Below, one piece after another: positions 24,901-36,200 of a stretch of DNA of 64,000 bases. Where the stretch lies: positions 62,001 to 126,000 of the forward strand of contig JBODTK010000152.1 of NCBI GenBank assembly GCA_050613775.1, written 5' to 3'. The position numbers were made by a program, and so were the translations under genes. The first letter of the stretch is position 1; each line of letters begins with the position of its first letter. The stretch comes from Neocallimastix sp. 'constans'. Its lineage: Eukaryota. The notes beneath the pieces are model-generated. The model made no database searches. It saw only the letters and a program-made list of their open reading frames with translations, and was not told the DNA's origin.

Positions 24901-26690
24901 GAGCTCGCCATCAGTTTATTATTTATACTGATCATAAGAATTTAACTTTCCCTCGAAAACCTGAACTTCTTTCCCAACGCCAAATTCGTTGGTATGAATT
25001 CTTATCTAGATTTGATTTTAAACTAATTTACAGAGCTGGTAAAAAGTCAGGTAAACCAGATATTTTATCAAGACGTAGTGATCATTTATTTGCTAGTGTT
25101 CGTCCTATTTCATGCGTTATTAATTCATGTAGTTTTAAGAATGATTCTTTAATCTCCTCTATTCATGATTCTCTAGCTAATGATGAATTCTATTGCAAAA
25201 TAACTGAATTTCTTAAAAATGATAATTCAAAAGATCCCCCTTTTAGTAAAATCGATAAATTTTCTCTTGACAAAAATGGTTATTTACTTTTTGAAAATTT
25301 AATTTATGTTCCCAATAAAATTAGAATAAGAGTTTTAGAACTCCATCATGACTCTATTTCTGCTGGTCATTTTGGAATTAATAAAACTATTGAACTTATT
25401 TCTCGTAATTTCTGGTGGCCTAAATTACAAAAAGATGTTAAAATGTTTATTAAATCTTGTGAAATTTGTTCAAAATCCAAAATCCCAAGACATAAGCCAT
25501 ATGGTTTACTTTCTCCACTTTATACACCAAATAGAGCCTGGTCTGCTATCTCTATGGATTTTATTGTTGAACTTCCGAAATCCAAAGATATGACCACTAT
25601 AATGGTTGTTGTGGATCGCTTAACTAAAATGGCTCATTTTATACCATTTAGATGTCTTCCTACTGCTTCTATTGCTGCTGATTCTTTCATTGCTAATATT
25701 TTTAAACTTCATGGTTTCCCCGATTCTATTATTTCTGATCGTGGTTCTCAATTTACCTCTGATTTTTGGAATCGTCTTTGCTCTCTTTTAAATATTAAGC
25801 ATTCTTTTTCTACTGCTAATCACCCGCAGACTGATGGTCAAACGGAGAGGGTGAACTCGATATTGGAACAATATCTTCGTTGTTTCATTAACGAAAAACA
25901 AAATAATTGGTTTGATTTATTACCTTTTGCAGAATTTTCTTATAACAATACTTTACAACAATCAATAAATCAATCACCATTTTTTGCAAATTATGGATTT
26001 AATCCAAAGTTTAATCCTGAGATTCCTTCAAACGAGAATCCACATAGAGCTGAAAAAAGAATATTGAATATTAACGAAAACATAAAGTTTTTAAAAGAAA
26101 ATTTAGAACAAGCGAAAAAGACTTATAAAAAATATGCAGATTTAAAAAGAATAGATTCTCCTGATTTTAAAGTAGGAAATAAAGTTTATCTTTTAAAGGG
26201 TAATACAACAAAGAAAAATAAAAAATTATCTGATCAACTAATAGGACCCTTTGAAATCATTAGAAAAGTTAGTGATTTAGCGTATGAACTTAAACTTCCT
26301 AATAATATGCGCTGTCACCCTGTATTCCATGTTTCGCTCCTCGAACCTTACCATGAAAATGAATTCCCAAACAGAAGAAATACTCGTAGAAGAAATATTA
26401 ATCTTACTACGGATACAATTAATAGAAGTCCTGAAAGAATAATTAAAATGAAAACTTTTAACAATAAAAATCGTTACTTGATTAAATGGAAAGGATGCGA
26501 TTCTAATGAAAATACTTGGATCGATGAAGATCAAATTTTTGATAAACAATTAATACAAGAATACTATAGAAAAGAAAAGAAGAATAAATCTTCGAATATT
26601 AACAATGAATTTTGCCAACTACCTGAAGATTCGAACGAGTACTATGTTAGGCATAAATATCAACCTTTTGTGATCGATCTTCCTTCCTAA
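21921..26690 (+). CDS. C Gag-Pol polyprotein with C-terminal chromodomain
   Basis: CYYCKQPGHLKFNC knuckle, LIDSGS, YIDD, TDAS, HHCC integrase, GPF, YLIKWKG..ENTW chromodomain. First ATG at 21921; the ORF is open from TTG 21870. Confidence 0.95.
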   Translation: MNQANNQGFLRNTQKTVNDPPLFSGIKREFDGFLTRAEIAMESNPHGINNDIAKVKFLISYLIGEPLDWASSLRRNNDEILNSYENFINELRARYGEEEVNTVIANGKLCSIRQHKFGRVNDYINEFNKVARNSDFNESAKIYMFIKGLHYKMREHLAVVNPNPNNLRALFTDVISIESLTKRHSINEFYFHQYNHRNNASSSTQLTNNDPMEVDLYRIKRGQRNTNYFPSNKKLYQENVNSKEEERRKGLCYYCKQPGHLKFNCPNKKRPATVKMINKKERNDNIASTSLRRIRRINSQEDILKVRKIVEEQNSLLTKKSNIIDFYIKTNDTEEVKARVLIDSGSDLNFIHPEFAKAFGIKTQQIEEPFRVTGLGYGISTVKKETEKCILRLKNHLEIIQLYVLRIPDVDIILGLPWIEKHSPYNYHDAKKISFGSGFCARHCNNGKRKRKNKIKNKKKNKGKESATDLEENKIIEDSRKRKSFFESDSESDSEEEISIRGRRTRIRTCTEFINSDSDSDINDTFMLDNFSDSISDSDNFSDSDDIIVMNCVSKISKNSLKILKKICESSKCKKLNVIEKCNNENNNLNKDDEKVEVPEIYLMFKEVFNENNCNVLPPHRNYDCEIKLKDNCSLFYGPLYPLTETEREELKKYLEENLKKGFIRKSSSPAGAPILFVRKKDGTYRLVIDYRKLNEMTIRNSYPLPLISELLDRVKGAKYFTKLDLKSAYNLVRIKEGDEYKTAFRTRYGHFEYLVMPFGLKNAPATFQHFINDVLSDYLDDFVISYIDDILIYSNTLEEHHVHVKKVLRKLLENHLVVKLEKCEFDVTETTFLGYVLSRDGIEMDKEKVKAILDWPVPTNVKEIQSFIGLCNYYRIFIKDFAKIANPLHKLTRKNVPFNWSSEQQKAFDTLKELFTTAPILKHPDSNKQFIVETDASNFAVGAILSQEFDGHLHPIAFISTSLTKSQRNYPIYDKELLAIKVALEGWRHYLEGARHQFIIYTDHKNLTFPRKPELLSQRQIRWYEFLSRFDFKLIYRAGKKSGKPDILSRRSDHLFASVRPISCVINSCSFKNDSLISSIHDSLANDEFYCKITEFLKNDNSKDPPFSKIDKFSLDKNGYLLFENLIYVPNKIRIRVLELHHDSISAGHFGINKTIELISRNFWWPKLQKDVKMFIKSCEICSKSKIPRHKPYGLLSPLYTPNRAWSAISMDFIVELPKSKDMTTIMVVVDRLTKMAHFIPFRCLPTASIAADSFIANIFKLHGFPDSIISDRGSQFTSDFWNRLCSLLNIKHSFSTANHPQTDGQTERVNSILEQYLRCFINEKQNNWFDLLPFAEFSYNNTLQQSINQSPFFANYGFNPKFNPEIPSNENPHRAEKRILNINENIKFLKENLEQAKKTYKKYADLKRIDSPDFKVGNKVYLLKGNTTKKNKKLSDQLIGPFEIIRKVSDLAYELKLPNNMRCHPVFHVSLLEPYHENEFPNRRNTRRRNINLTTDTINRSPERIIKMKTFNNKNRYLIKWKGCDSNENTWIDEDQIFDKQLIQEYYRKEKKNKSSNINNEFCQLPEDSNEYYVRHKYQPFVIDLPS

Positions 26691-28179
26691 AGTTAATCTC
26701 GCAGGAGCTCGACTTAAAGGGCGAGATTGTAAAGATATTATTAATATCTTTAAATAATTTTAATTAAATTTAATCATAAATTTAAGTAAAATTAAAATAA
26801 ATTTATTTGAAATCACGTGTATAAAATTATTGAAAATATTTTTAACATAATTTCGATTTTTTTCCCAATCATACTAATAAATTAAAAATTTCTCTTGTGA
26901 AACTAGTATTTGAAAATCATTTCTTTTTATGTAATTTAATTTAAATAATAAGAGTTAAGGTTTTTCACAAGATAAATTAACAACATGAAACTATGCAATT
27001 AGTCATGTTGAAACTTACGGCATTTTATGCTAAATTTATATTAAATAATTATGACAACTTTTATATTATTTTTAAATAGAAAATATATAATAAATTTACT
27101 AATAATATTTAAATAATAAATAAATAATAAATGAACTCAATTAGAATTGATTATATTTATTTTAGTTATTAATTATAATTCTCTTTATTTAGTAATAGTT
27201 AATTATTTATTATTAGTTTAGGTTAGTACTGTTTTAAATAAATAGCTAGATAATATAATTCAATAGGAATTATATATTATAAATGCAATAAGATAAAAAT
27301 ATAAATAGTTATCAAATTTCATGTATTTTAATCGATGTAATTGTTATTAACGATTTCTTGTTAATAACACTTTAAAATAAATAAAGATTTTAATATTTAA
27401 AAAATTAATAAAACTTGTTCTTTAAAACTATTATTTTGTGTTTTAGTGTTATTATTGAAGTGTTGATTTATAATCTATTTTTTTTATCAAAACTTTATAC
27501 TTCCTTCTACCATTAATTGGTACTAACAATCGACTTAATCTGCGTTTATCGATAAAGAGCTAAAGAGACTTACCACGCAAGGCTTTAACAAATTATATAT
27601 TTCCTGGCTCAATACTATATGATTTGGTTTATAACAATTCAATAAGAAATAAAGATTAATCAAATAAAAATAAATATTTAATTACTCCTATATCTTCCAA
27701 AATAATTATATAATACTTTATTACTATAAAAAAAAAAAAAAAAAAAAAAAATCTTAATCACGGGATATATCAAAAAAAAAAAAAATCAACTCTGAAAATA
27801 TCCAATCTCAAATCACTCTCAAAATCAATCTGAAATTTTATATCAACTTAATGCAATAAATTTTAAATCTCAATAATCTTTTCTAAATTATTTCCAGCTC
27901 TCTATAACTATTAAATTACTATAATAATATATATACAAATCTACTATACCTAATTTAGTATATTATATAAATTTAAAATTTCAATATCAAACCTTATTTA
28001 GTTCTAAATAATTCCAGTGGGATCAATTATTACTATTTATATATTCAAATCCTCCTTAATCAAAAGTATATTATAATTCAATTCCTCTCTATTATACTGA
28101 AAAAATCGTTCTTAAATATATCTTATTCCAACTTATTCAATAATCAACTATAAAAGTAACAGTGAAGCTTATATTCAAA

Positions 28180-30474
28180 ATGGAAGAAAACAATTTTGCC
28201 AACGCAACCTATAAGGATGGTTTTGCCGGAGATAGACGCTACCTTAAGGGATTCTTAGCTAAAATGAATTTAATATTCATGATTCACCCTGATCGATTCA
28301 ATAATGATGAAACAAAAGTAATCTACGTTATTTCTAGGTTATATGGTAATGCTATGAATTGGGCAGCATCACTTATGGAGAATCAGGACTCTTGCTTGTT
28401 AAATTACGAAGCCTTCGTTGAAAGAATGAAATCTGTATATGGGAGTTATGACTCAACATTTGTTGCAAATCAGAAACTCAGAACTATAAGACAAAAACGG
28501 TTAGGCGACATTAGAAGCTATATACTCGAATTCAACTCTTATGCCGACGAGTCATCTTGGAACGAAGAAGCGAAAATGGACGCATTTCTTGTTGGTTTAA
28601 ATGATCAAATCGCTACAAGAATTCTGGAAATGTTCCCTGGTCCAAGATCTCTTACTGCTATGCAAACTATAGCTTCCAGAATAGATGGCCGTCTATCAGC
28701 CCATAGGCAATTTACAAATAATCAAAATCGATCAAACAATAACCTTAATAACAACAATTCTAATAAGAAAAGATGGAATTTTTATAAGAAAGGTTCGAAT
28801 TCTAAACATTATGGACCCCTATCCGACGAAGAGAAAGAAAGAAGAAAAAGAGAAAACCTCTGTTTATATTGTGGATCCTCAAATCATACTCTAGGCAATT
28901 GTCCACTCAAAAATAAGAAAAAATCACCCTCAAGCACTTCTCATATTACTAATCCTGAACCAAAGGCCAAAGAAAGACCAAGAATCTCAGATCAACAAAA
29001 TTTGAGTCTTCCTATATTTGAATTCACTCTCAATGTTTTAAAATCATCAGTCAAAACTAAGATTCTTCTAGATTCAGGTTCTCAACTTAATCTTATGGAT
29101 GTCTACTTTGCCAATGAAAATAACATTCCTTATTCATCCGAAACCATTCATCCTGAAGTAGGAGGAATTGGTGGTACTCAGAAATTTCTCGGGGAAACTT
29201 TGCCAATTTCGATCCGCTATAAAAATCACAATTGTAAAACTAAGTTTTATGTCGTCGATTTATCTTTTTATTGTGCTCTTCTTGGCGCTGAATGGCTCTC
29301 TACTCATAATCCAACAATAGATTTCTCTTCTAAAACACTTCATTTTAATTCAAAATATTGCATTAATAATTGTCTCGTTATTCCAAATACTTATACAACC
29401 TTCATTCCTTCATGCAATTTAATAAACGAAATTCCAAAAAATTCTGATAATTCGGACAGCCAAAAAACTGAAGAAATTAACAATTCAGAAGAAAAAATAT
29501 CTAATGAAATAATTAATAATACTAAGAACCAACACAAGGAACCCAACGAAGACAATAAAAATGTTATCTATCTTTTACCAACTAAATTATCCTCATTTAT
29601 GGATGTTTTTAGTGAAGTCGCTGCGAACATGCTACCCCCTCATCGACAATATGATTGTGAAATTAATTTGAAACCAAACACTAATTTATATTACTACCCA
29701 ATATATCCATTTCATCACCAAACAAATGGTTTAACGGATAGGGTGAACTCCGTTATCGAACAATACTTAAGATGCTATACAAATTTCAAAGGATCTAATT
29801 GGAATGACTTCCTTTACTTAGCAGAATTTAGCTATAATAACACCATTCAAGAATCCACTAATCATTCACCTTTCTTCGCTAATTATGGATTCAATCCCAG
29901 ACATTCTCTCGAAGTCCCCACAAATGTTGAAGTACCTAGAGCAGAAGAACTTGTTAAAAACCTTACAGAATTAACCAAGGAATTAAAAGAAAATATTAAA
30001 ATAGCAATTGAAAAACAAGAGAAATATGCCAATAAGCATCGTATGGAACCACCTGAATTCAAGAAAAATGACAAAGTTTGGATCAATAGTTCCCTAATTA
30101 TAAAGAATGGTAACAAAAAGCTTAAACCAAGAAAATTAGGACCTTTTAATATCCTAAGCAAAATATCTCCTGTTTCGTATAAACTTGACTTGCCAAAAAA
30201 TCTTAGGATTCATCCAATCATGCATGTCTCTGACCTTGAACCGTACTTTGAAGATAAGTTTGGAAGAAACCAAGAACCACCACCAATTATCATTAACAAC
30301 GAAGATGAGTACGAAGTTGAACAAATATTAGACAAACGAACTCATTATGGGAAAATCCAATACTTGATAAAATGGAAAGGATATCCGCTTTCAGAAGCTT
30401 CTTGGGAACCTGAGGAAAATCTTAATTGCCCCAAACTCTTAAAAAAATTCAATAAAATAATTAAAATAACTTAA
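28180..30474 (+). CDS. A: Gag-protease fused in frame to the integrase C-terminus and chromodomain (RT, RNase H and most of IN deleted)
   Basis: [14 protein letters not shown] and LLDSGS, then YYPIYP joined directly to [13 protein letters not shown] at about 29709; [24 protein letters not shown]. Confidence 0.88.
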   Translation: MEENNFANATYKDGFAGDRRYLKGFLAKMNLIFMIHPDRFNNDETKVIYVISRLYGNAMNWAASLMENQDSCLLNYEAFVERMKSVYGSYDSTFVANQKLRTIRQKRLGDIRSYILEFNSYADESSWNEEAKMDAFLVGLNDQIATRILEMFPGPRSLTAMQTIASRIDGRLSAHRQFTNNQNRSNNNLNNNNSNKKRWNFYKKGSNSKHYGPLSDEEKERRKRENLCLYCGSSNHTLGNCPLKNKKKSPSSTSHITNPEPKAKERPRISDQQNLSLPIFEFTLNVLKSSVKTKILLDSGSQLNLMDVYFANENNIPYSSETIHPEVGGIGGTQKFLGETLPISIRYKNHNCKTKFYVVDLSFYCALLGAEWLSTHNPTIDFSSKTLHFNSKYCINNCLVIPNTYTTFIPSCNLINEIPKNSDNSDSQKTEEINNSEEKISNEIINNTKNQHKEPNEDNKNVIYLLPTKLSSFMDVFSEVAANMLPPHRQYDCEINLKPNTNLYYYPIYPFHHQTNGLTDRVNSVIEQYLRCYTNFKGSNWNDFLYLAEFSYNNTIQESTNHSPFFANYGFNPRHSLEVPTNVEVPRAEELVKNLTELTKELKENIKIAIEKQEKYANKHRMEPPEFKKNDKVWINSSLIIKNGNKKLKPRKLGPFNILSKISPVSYKLDLPKNLRIHPIMHVSDLEPYFEDKFGRNQEPPPIIINNEDEYEVEQILDKRTHYGKIQYLIKWKGYPLSEASWEPEENLNCPKLLKKFNKIIKIT

Positions 30475-30841
30475 ACTAGAAAATGAATCTCTAATAAACT
30501 TTAAATTTTATAGTATATTATATAATTATATGATTAAATTATATTCTTAAATTATTAATATTAAACTTATTATTGTTAAAACCTAATTTATCCTTTATAT
30601 TATTTTATCCTTTATATTTAAAATCTATAATAACTGTAAACTTTATTAATATCATGTAACAAAATTAGTTATTAAATATGTTATTTCATGTAATTACTTA
30701 TTAATATCATGTATTATTATTATTATTATTATTTCATACTATTAAGCACAAAAGAAATTCACACTTAAATATTTTATTTATTCATTGTAGTCTAGTTTAA
30801 CTTTAAGATTCGTCTGGTATCCGAATCCTGGAGGAGGACCA

Positions 30842-31371
30842 TGTAACGAATCCTAAAGTTAGTAAAATTGCTGCTGTAGTCTGGTGGTAATACACCATGA
30901 CAATGAAGCCGAACTTCTTAGGTTCGACTCACACCCTTTCCCAATCTAAATTATTTTTAGTTAATTAATTAAATTATTGTAGAAAGTTCTAGAGTTTCTT
31001 TGGTTAATATTATATAACTAAATGAAACTAGAAAGTTCTATTTTAATAATTATTTTATCATTTTTCTATAAGATTCATTTTCTAGAAAGAAAACTTAATT
31101 TTTCGAACTTTCGTTAATCTTAACTTTTTCCGAAACTGTTTTTCCGAAAAAGTATAAATAAGCGTGAATTTCTCAACAAAAAAATAATTTTTCTTCGTGC
31201 TTTTATTAACTAGTTAAAAGTAATTCGAAATATTACAATAACTAGTTAATAATAATAAAAAAAAATAATAATAATAAATTTTATATTTTAATAAAAAATA
31301 TTAATAAAACAAATTTTTTTAAGAAAACGAATTACTTATTAGTGTAGACCTATTGGGTGTAAACCGTTACA
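30842..31371 (+). repeat. 3' LTR of element A (530 bp; empty version of the landing site)
   Basis: tgtaacg...cgttaca inverted ends, preceded by the PPT and followed by the TSD. Confidence 0.92.
30870..30935 (+). promoter_or_regulatory. tRNA-gene-like Pol III internal promoter (A box + B box) inside the A LTR
   Basis: TAGTCTGGTGG (30877-30887) and GGTTCGACTC (30921-30930) at tRNA-like spacing. No acceptor stem. Confidence 0.7.
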
Positions 31372-32612
31372 GTTATTCACTATTGATTCTGGAGTATCAG
31401 TTCATGTTACAAATTCCATCGAATTCCTTAAAGATATAAGAGAATACAAAATAAATCTCATCCTTCCAAACAAAGCAAAAATTAGGATTACTAAAATAGG
31501 AACATTATCAGGATATATCAATAATAAACCTTTCGAAATAGAAGATGTATTAATTTCCAAGGAACTCAACAAGAATCTTATTTCGTATAGTATTTTAAGG
31601 AAAGCAGGTTATCCAAGATGCAATTAAAACCGCTAATTATATTTATAATATAACTCCAAGAAGTTCTACTGACTTTAAAATCCCTGATGAACTTTATTTC
31701 AAAAAATCGGTGAATATAGATAAATTAAGAGTCTTTGGTTGTAAAGCTTACTATTATATAGATATAATAGTAAGCTTTACATTAATTAAAAGAAAATAAA
31801 TTTCATTCAAACTCAAAACCAGGTATATTTCTAGGATATGATATAAATGCAAATGGTTATATTATTATGGATTATGAAACATTAAAAAATCACGTAGTTC
31901 GAGACGCTGTTTTTGAAGAAGAAATTCCAGGAAACTTCAATCTAATAAACAAAAAACCTTACGACGAAGAATATAATCTACCTTCCTTACATACTGAAGA
32001 TGATATAGATGATTATGAAGATATAAATATTGAAGATAAAGAAACATTTGATGATAATCCAAAGTCACATATATTTATTAATCCTATGTCATCTACTCAA
32101 CAAACTTACACCCATATAAATTATAATGAAGACCATAACTCCCACAACATCAATAATAAAAAAAGAAAATTAGAAAAAGCTAAAAATAATGATAAAACTA
32201 TGTCCATCACTAATACAACAGTTGAAAATATGAATAATACGAATAATAAATTAAACAATACAGATAACATAATGAATAACACCAATAATACATTTAACAA
32301 ACATGACATGTCGAATAATACTAACCACACGAAAAACTACACAAAAAATAATATTGATGATAAGAACAATAGAAAAGTTTTATTTGAGAATAATAATAAT
32401 TTTATTAAAGATTTAAATATTGATGAAGATAAACAAAAACATGAAAATACTATGATTGATGCTTATAATGAAGATAAAATTACTAATAGTAATTCTAATC
32501 AGGAATACATGAAGAATAATAGAAATGAAAATAACGATATAGATAAAATAAACAAAGCTGCGAACAAAAATATTCAATATTATAAAAATAAAATAAGAGA
32601 ATCAAATTATAA
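31372..32612 (+). pseudogene. Ty1/copia host element, part 2: protease, deleted integrase, SH3-like region, linker
   Basis: LFTIDSGVSVHVT resumes right after A's TSD; then LRVFGCKAY and GIFLGYDINANGYIIMD..VVRDAVFEE. Confidence 0.85.
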
Positions 32613-33227
32613 TGTCAAGAATTGACGATACTTGTACTGTGATTAAATTAATCCATTATTGGATTAATTAAATTTATAAAATTTAATGAAAAATTAATTA
32701 ATAGTTTTAACTTAATATTTAATTATATAAGTGAATCAATAGTAATTGTTTAAATAAATTTTAGTTTAGTTAATGAATAGTTAAATAAACAAATTAAAAA
32801 ATCATTTAGCAGAATTAAAAAATAATAATCTACTATATGCAATAAACTTTTAAATTTAATTTTACTTTTAATAACTTCTAAATTTAGTGAAATTGTTAGT
32901 ATAAAAAGAAGAAAACGAAAAAAATTGTTAAGCGATTAGCGTTAACAATTTTTGATAAAAAAACTTATAATCATTTTGATTATTCCCGATTTATAAAATC
33001 GTAGTTATATTTAATTATTTATGATAACTATTTATTTTAATAAAAAATAAATAAAATTAATTTTTTTAATTCCCTAAATTTCATTACTAAAAAATAAGTT
33101 TTAAGAAAATTTTAAACAAATATTAATTTTTCTTTAATTTTTGACATTGCTAACGCTTTTAGAGAAGATTTACCGAATTAAAAAAAAAAAAAAAAAAAAA
33201 AAAATCAAAACTATAAGAAAAATTATC

Positions 33228-36200
33228 ATGTCGGAAACACCAAAAGCTTCAACCAGCAAGGAAACAAAAAAGGTTGAAGAAACAAAAAAGATAGAAAAGA
33301 CTGAGACAACCCTTCAGACGTCTCAGTTCAACACTTTAAAGAAGATGATAGAGGGCTTAGCTTCTACCGTGGAAATCATGAATAAACATACTACCAAGGT
33401 AGACATGCAACTAACCTCCTTGGAAGAGAGGTTCAACACTTTTGGGAAAGCCGTCAAGGACAAATTCGACGAAGATACATCTAGGATTGACAAAGTCGAA
33501 AAACAGAGCATCGAGAGCATTGAGGATGCTAAAGAAAAAGTGGCTAATTACATTAATAGCCACATCCGACTAAACCAATCTCCTAAAACTCCCAGAGACG
33601 AAGACGGCGACGTAGTCATGAGGGATACTATAACTCCTCAACCGGAACCACCTTTTTACTTCCATGGAGAAGCCATAGAAGTAAACACTTTTATCGATAG
33701 ATGCAGAAGCCACTTCTATCGATACGCCAATAGATACCTTTACGATGAACAGGCAAAGGTATATTATGTTACAGACCGACTACGAGGAAGTGCTGCCTTA
33801 TGGTACCAAGCTACCCAGAAGGAAGGCCAAGAAAAACATCCTGACGTTGCAAAACTATTTGAAGAAATGAGGACTGATTTCCAATTAGAAGAAGACAAAG
33901 AACTCATGAAATCCAAGCTCCTAAAACTAAAACACGAATGGGGAAAGGTATATGACTTCTTGGCAGAATTTAATAGACTTACTAGAGCTATTGGTTTTAT
34001 GGAAGAACAAAGAAAAGGAATATTGAACTACCAAGTTAGGCCTTCCGTACAAAAAGAATTCATGAAATTGGAAGCCGATAACCCTACTAAAGTTTCTCTC
34101 AAGGACCTAACTCGTTGCTTGATCCGATGCGACATTGACCAGAAAAGGTACTACGATGAGAGGTTAGAGAAAAGATAACCGAGCCCTAGTCGCCGCTTTA
34201 TTAGGGATTTACAGTACCGAATATAGAGTCTTCATAAACGAGAGAGAAAGAGAAAACAACAATAAAAGAGAAAATGGAAAGAAGAAGCACAAGCAATTTT
34301 CTTCTTTCAAGGAAAAAGATAAGGAATATTCCTTAGGAAAAGGAAAAGCATATCAGAACGACAACCCTACGTCTGACCGAGGAAACTTCAGAAAACCAAG
34401 CAAAATCTTCTCAAGCAATAATAACCCTCTACCAACTACCATGTTAGTAAGCGAAGTCTCTAAGCTAACAAGAGAAGTACCAGAAAATTTTGTTGTTCTT
34501 AATGGAACCATCAACAATCCTAGGGATCCCACACGGTGTAAAGAACTCTTAATTTGTTTAGATCCTTGTTATAGTATAAATATTATCCCTCCAAAATTAG
34601 TTAAAGAATTAAAGATTAACGTAAAAGAAAAGTTCACTTCAGTCAAGGTAATCGGAAATGAGCCAACCTTACGAACTATAACCGACAAAGTAAGTATTAA
34701 CATCCCTGTGGTTAAAGGTTCGCATGACAAAATAGCTAAACCATTCACATTCACTACTTGTTTTAATATTACCGAACACTTTGAACACACTATACTCTTA
34801 GGACAAAATTTCCTAGAGAAGCATAAAATCTATACTAGTTATGATAACCATGGAAAAAGAACCACCAAGATAGTCAGTCAGGGAAGAGGCCGCCTAGACT
34901 ACCCTACGAAAGACAACACATGTTTGATAACCGTTAATATTAGAAACAGTACAAATTTTAAAGAACTGGTAACCACAAAAGGTTTACAAGAACTCTTAGT
35001 TAAACCAGCAAATAATGATTCAGTTGTAACTAGATACACGCAATCCTCCGGAAATCAGATAGGAGAAATTTCTGCCTGCGTGGATTATTCTGAACCAGAA
35101 CTACCAGAATCACAAGGATTACCCTCCGGAAACCCTATAAAAGAATTTTTGGCCACTGATAAAATCTCTAAGCCAGAAATAGAACGACGACACTACGGAA
35201 ATACCCTAGGCGCCGTTTCCGCCAGAGACAATCTTCCCAGATCACAACGGGCAAGACAACCCTACGGGAGAAGTTCAAGACATCGCTGTGTTCTTAATAT
35301 TACTGTTACTACTAAAGGACCAATGCCCCAAGAAGATTTAGAATTAACTACCGAAGAATTAGTAAAGAAATATTACTCTGCTTGGATTGAGGTATTTAAT
35401 GAAAAATTGGCAAATACTCTACCTAAGCATAGACCTAACGATTGTGCAATAGAATTGAAGGAAGGTGCCACTTTCTTTTATGGTCCTATATATCCTACGT
35501 CCAAGGAAGAGGATGAAGAAATTCAGAAATACCTCAAGGACAATTTGGCAAATGGATTTATAAGAAGATCCATCTCTCCTGCCGCACATCCAGTGCTATT
35601 CCAAAGAAAGAAGAATGGGGAGCTCAGCCTATGTATCGACTATAGGAAGTTAAACCAACAAACCCTACGGAACTCATACCCACTCCCTTTAATCACTGTT
35701 GTTTTCGAAGCTATGAGAGGCTCGAAAATTTTTAGCAAACTCGACCTAAAAAGTGCTTATAACCTCATCAGAATTCGTGAAGGTGACGAATTTAAAACCG
35801 CCTTCCGCACAAAATATGGTCACTATGAATACACTGTGATACATTTTGGTCTTACCAACGCCCCCGCTGTTTTTCAAGGATTCATTAATACTGTTCTCCG
35901 AGACGTAATCAATAAATACGTTCAGGTTTACTTAGATGATATAATCATCTATTCAAAATCTTTCGATGAGCATGTTAAACAGGTACAAACCGTCCTGCAA
36001 CTTCTCATCGATAACCAGTTGGTGGCCAAAATCTCTAAATGCGAATTCCACAAACAAGAAGTGGAATTTCTCGGCCATATTGTTAGTAGTGAGGGCATCA
36101 AGACTGATCCTCACAAGCTCGAAGCCATTACTTCTTGGCCCACTCCTACTAACATTAAAGAAGTTCAATCTTTTATTGGATTTTGCAATTATTACCGCCG

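Larger units (their letters stand above)
19731..27499 (+). mobile_element. Element C: intact young chromovirus (Tf1/sushi-like) retrotransposon
   Basis: 772-bp LTRs at 19731-20502 and 26728-27499 (one difference spotted). TSD cttcc (19726-19730 / 27500-27504). PPT aaagggcgagat. Single intact ORF. Confidence 0.96.
13611..31371 (+). mobile_element. Element A: internally deleted chromovirus-type Ty3/gypsy retrotransposon, hosting B and C
   Basis: TSD gttat (13606-13610 / 31372-31376). The 5' LTR stub tgtaacgaatcctaaag is identical to the start of the 3' LTR at 30842. PPT ggaggaggacca. Confidence 0.9.

Noticed and set aside
30870..30945. Genuine tRNA gene (also 38750-38820 on the minus strand)
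   Set aside because: A and B boxes are present, but I could build neither an acceptor stem nor a canonical anticodon arm. Reported as a promoter-like mimic instead.
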